From NCBI GenBank assembly GCA_038241095.1, contig JBBRGB010000001.1, positions 1 to 48,810 on the forward strand: DNA of 48,810 nt, given 5' to 3'. A program made the position numbers and the translations under genes. Shown piece by piece: positions 46,444 through 48,810 of the stretch. The DNA is from Phycisphaerales bacterium. GTDB lineage: Bacteria > Planctomycetota > Phycisphaerae > Phycisphaerales > Phycisphaeraceae. A model generated the notes under the pieces. It did not search any database. It saw only the letters and a list, made by a program, of their open reading frames with translations, and had not been told where the DNA came from. Numbering within the stretch: position 1 is the stretch's first letter; each line of letters starts with the position of its first letter.

Positions 46444-46507
46444 ACCTTACAACCGGTGCAACAGTGACCGGCGATTACCCCAACCAACCCCTCCAAGAGG
46501 TGACACG

Positions 46508-47290
46508 GTGGATCTGGGTCTGTTGTTCGGAATCCTGGGCACCTGGGCGCTGGTCTTCTGGGCGCTGCTTTCGGGCGGCGACCTGCGCTATTACATCGAC
46601 TACCCCAGCATCATCCTGGTCATTGGTGGCACCTCGGCCGTGGCGTTTTACGTCACCCCGGCGCGGGGCATGAAAAACCTCACCGGGGTGCTGAAAAAAG
46701 CCTTCTTTCCCGAAAAGGCCGACATCAACAAAATCATCACCGACATGGTCGGCTTCGCGGAATTGGCGCGACGCAACGGCATCCTCTCGCTCGAAAGCGT
46801 CACCAAGGACATCGACAACCCCTTCATCGTCCGCGGTCTGCAAATGGCCATCGACGGCACCGACCCCGAACTCATCGACCAAGTGCTCACCTGCGAGGTT
46901 GACACCGTCGCCGAGCGCCATGAGGCCAACAAGGGCATCTTTGACACCATGGCCAAATATGCCCCCGCCATGGGAATGATCGGCACGCTCGTGGGCCTGG
47001 TGGTCATGCTGCAAAACATGGAAGACCCTTCAAAGATCGGCCCCGGCATGGCGGTGGCGATCCTTACGACGCTTTACGGTGCCTTGATCGCCAACGTGGT
47101 GGCCATGCCCCTGGCGGACCGGCTGGCGAAACGCTCGACGGAAGAGGTGCTGGCCAAGACCATCATTATCAAGGGGATTCTGTCGATTCAAAGCGGCGAC
47201 AACCCCCGCGTGGTGGAACAGAAGCTCCGCAGCTACCTGCCCCCCAGCGCCCGGGCCGCGAGTGAAGCCGCGCAAAACCAGGCAGCGTGA
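46508..47290 (+). CDS. motA: flagellar motor stator protein MotA/PomA family
   Basis: The GTG at 46508 is preceded by AGAGGTG. The translation reads VDLGLLFGILGTWALVFWALL...YAPAMGMIGTLVGLVVML...GPGMAVAILTTLYGALIANVVAMPLADRL, a MotA/TolQ/ExbB channel core with MotA-like length and layout. A MotB-like gene lies downstream. Confidence 0.88.
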   Translation: MDLGLLFGILGTWALVFWALLSGGDLRYYIDYPSIILVIGGTSAVAFYVTPARGMKNLTGVLKKAFFPEKADINKIITDMVGFAELARRNGILSLESVTKDIDNPFIVRGLQMAIDGTDPELIDQVLTCEVDTVAERHEANKGIFDTMAKYAPAMGMIGTLVGLVVMLQNMEDPSKIGPGMAVAILTTLYGALIANVVAMPLADRLAKRSTEEVLAKTIIIKGILSIQSGDNPRVVEQKLRSYLPPSARAASEAAQNQAA

Positions 47291-47300
47291 GTGGAAGAAA

Positions 47301-47402
47301 TGAACACGAAGACACGAAGACACGAAGGAAACCGAAACAGTCATTGATTCACGCTTGCGCAAGCCTCAAGCCTTTCTTCGTGTCTTCGTGTCTTCGTGTT
47401 CA
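47301..47402 (+). repeat. 27-bp perfect hairpin built from tandem CGAAGACA repeats in the motA|motB spacer
   Basis: TGAACACGAAGACACGAAGACACGAAG (47301-47327) is the exact reverse complement of 47376-47402. The loop of about 48 nt contains the 12-bp palindrome GCTTGCGCAAGC (47353-47364). The element starts 11 nt after the motA stop and ends 31 nt before the motB ATG. Confidence 0.9.
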
Positions 47403-47432
47403 AATTCATGGCTGTTGGAGTTGGAGAGAAGC

Positions 47433-48215
47433 ATGGCCCGCAAGCATAAATGTCCACCCGCCGGCGCGCCGGAATGGATTGTCACCTATGGCGACATGAT
47501 GTCGCTGTTGCTAACGTTCTTCATTCTCTTGGCGGCCATGAGCGAGATGAAACGCGAAGAGCAGTGGCAGTCGATAAGCGATTCGGTGAAGAAGGCGTTT
47601 GGCATGGACAAGGGGGCCGCGGGGCGGTATCTGTTGTCAGCCAATCCCGTCAGCACCCCCCTGCCGCAGCCCACCGACTTCGACAACCAGGACACGACCA
47701 AAAATCGGAGCCAGTCGATTGACCCCGGTGTCGATGGTCGGCAGAAGGCTGTGACCCGCGTGCGTGAGGGGATGGAGTTCGCCATCGGCGGGCGCATCAC
47801 CTTCGCCCCCGATTCCACCGTGCTTTCCGATGACGCCAAGGAGCGTCTCAAACGGCTGGTGATGGAGGTTCGGGGTCGCAACAACAAGGTGGAAATCCGC
47901 GGCCACGCCGCGACGATGGAGCGTCAAACGGACACTTCACAAGTCGCCGCCGGCACGGCGGGCGCAAGTGGCCAAGGCACACCGGGACGCGATCTTTATG
48001 AGCTGTCCTATCTTCGCGCCAAGACGGTGTTTGACTACCTCACCGGCCCGGAAGTGGGACTGCCGCGTGAGGTGTTCCGCGTGGTGGCCTGCGCCGATTC
48101 GGAGCCGTTGGTGGTGCGGCGATACAGCGTGGCGGATCAAGAGGAGAACCGCCGGGTGGAGATCATCGTGAGTGAAGCCCTCACCGATGAACTGGCGGCA
48201 CCGGAACAGAACTGA
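47433..48215 (+). CDS. motB: flagellar motor protein MotB (OmpA-like C-terminal domain)
   Basis: The ATG at 47433 follows GGAGTTGGAGAG. The N-terminus reads MARKHKCPPAGAPEWIVTYGDMMSLLLTFFILLAAMS, a MotB plug/TM with the conserved Asp. The C-terminus reads ...VEIRGHA...NRRVEIIV, an OmpA/MotB peptidoglycan-binding fold. Confidence 0.88.
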   Translation: MARKHKCPPAGAPEWIVTYGDMMSLLLTFFILLAAMSEMKREEQWQSISDSVKKAFGMDKGAAGRYLLSANPVSTPLPQPTDFDNQDTTKNRSQSIDPGVDGRQKAVTRVREGMEFAIGGRITFAPDSTVLSDDAKERLKRLVMEVRGRNNKVEIRGHAATMERQTDTSQVAAGTAGASGQGTPGRDLYELSYLRAKTVFDYLTGPEVGLPREVFRVVACADSEPLVVRRYSVADQEENRRVEIIVSEALTDELAAPEQN

Positions 48216-48233
48216 AAGTATTTTGAGAAACCC

Positions 48234-48278
48234 AAGCCCACAGATGAGTCGCCGCTTCGGGCGGCTCTTCTGTGGGAT
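48234..48278 (+). repeat. conserved post-gene hairpin, family copy d (compensated stem variant)
   Basis: AAGCCCACAGATGAGTCGCC-gcttcg-GGCGGCTCTTCTGTGGGAT lies 19 nt after the motB stop. The family G:C pair is replaced by A:T (CACAGA / TCTGTG). Confidence 0.7.
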
Positions 48279-48313
48279 CGGCCGCGCAAAGATCATCCGG
48301 GGGCGGGGGGGGC

Positions 48314-48356
48314 ATCCCACGGAAGCCACGTCATAGCACGCGGCATCCGTGGGCTT
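48314..48356 (-). repeat. conserved post-gene hairpin, family copy e
   Basis: The minus strand reads AAGCCCACGGATGCCGCG-tgctatga-CGTGGCTTCCGTGGGAT. It lies 38 nt after the nuoI stop and faces copy d in the convergent motB/nuoI gap. Confidence 0.7.
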
Positions 48357-48393
48357 GCGGATCATTTTCATCCGAAGGCTTTTCGCAGTCCCC

Positions 48394-48810
48394 TCACATC
48401 GGCTTGTCCGCCACCGTCTGGTCGTACACCGCCAGCAGTTTGGCCTTGTCGAAGATCATTTCCTGGCGGGTCATGGCCACAAGGTCGTAGATGGGCGTCA
48501 GTTCAATCGCATCGACGGGGCAGGCCTCTTCACACATGCCGCAGTAGATGCAGCGCAGCTCATCGAGGTCGAACTTCACGGGGTACTTTTCGCGGTCATC
48601 CCACGGGGCTTGAGCGCCTTCGATGTGGATGCAGTGGGCGGGGCATGCGGTCTGGCACATGAAGCAGGCAACACAACGCACTCGGCCGTCCTCATCGCGG
48701 TTGAGACGATGGACGCCGCGGTAGTTGGGCTTGTAGAGGCCGCCTTCTTCAACGGGCAGGTCGTCGCGGCGTTCCTCAGGGTAGGCCATCGCCTTGTTGC
48801 GCTTGCCGCG
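48394..48810 (-). CDS. nuoI: NADH-quinone oxidoreductase subunit I (2x[4Fe-4S] ferredoxin type), 5'-partial at the window edge
   Basis: Contains CVACFMCQTACPAHCI and CIYCGMCEEACPVDAIEL, two CxxCxxCxxxCP clusters, plus the ..AYPEE.. block typical of NuoI. The frame stays open to position 48810, so the true start probably lies beyond the window. Confidence 0.85.
   Translation of the reverse strand, partial: RGKRNKAMAYPEERRDDLPVEEGGLYKPNYRGVHRLNRDEDGRVRCVACFMCQTACPAHCIHIEGAQAPWDDREKYPVKFDLDELRCIYCGMCEEACPVDAIELTPIYDLVAMTRQEMIFDKAKLLAVYDQTVADKPM

Overview
This is a 48.8-kb, very GC-rich chromosomal segment. It is most consistent with a member of the Planctomycetota (or a close PVC-group relative). 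The lineage call is an inference from gene content only: two DUF1559/H-X9-DG prepilin-like genes, three PEP-CTERM surface-protein genes, autotransporter-associated beta-strand repeat proteins, and ECF sigma/anti-sigma modules.

Most of the window is ordinary housekeeping: gcvT, a Bcp-like peroxiredoxin, murC, rdgB, gyrB, mtnA, gatCA, a comM/yifB-like ATPase, system II cytochrome c maturation (resB/ccsA), hom, mscL, a TrmH-family methyltransferase, motAB and a partial nuoI. There are no rRNA genes, tRNA genes or CRISPR arrays, and no recognisable defence or toxin system.

The more interesting signals are mostly non-coding or organisational:
1. A 183-bp element at 42245-42427 has perfect 16-bp terminal inverted repeats flanked by a 10-bp direct repeat, the footprint of a MITE-like insertion. 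A decayed inverted copy lies at 13838-14023.
2. At least six conserved hairpins (core CCCACGGATG...CTTCCGTGGG) sit just downstream of stop codons. They carry compensatory stem changes and a conserved internal mismatch.
3. Two related hairpins built from tandem AAGACACGA-containing repeats lie inside the motA|motB and gatC|gatA spacers.
4. A PEP-CTERM gene immediately followed by a DUF1559 gene occurs twice. One copy is translationally coupled to a LacI-family regulator.
5. The surface-protein locus at 33.5-38.4 kb carries three single-base homopolymer frameshifts and a 5' truncation.
6. An AT-richer glycosyltransferase/O-antigen-ligase island spans about 19.8-24.1 kb.
7. A His-rich lipoprotein is translationally coupled to resB-ccsA.

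All protein calls come from reading the translations by eye. No database search was run.
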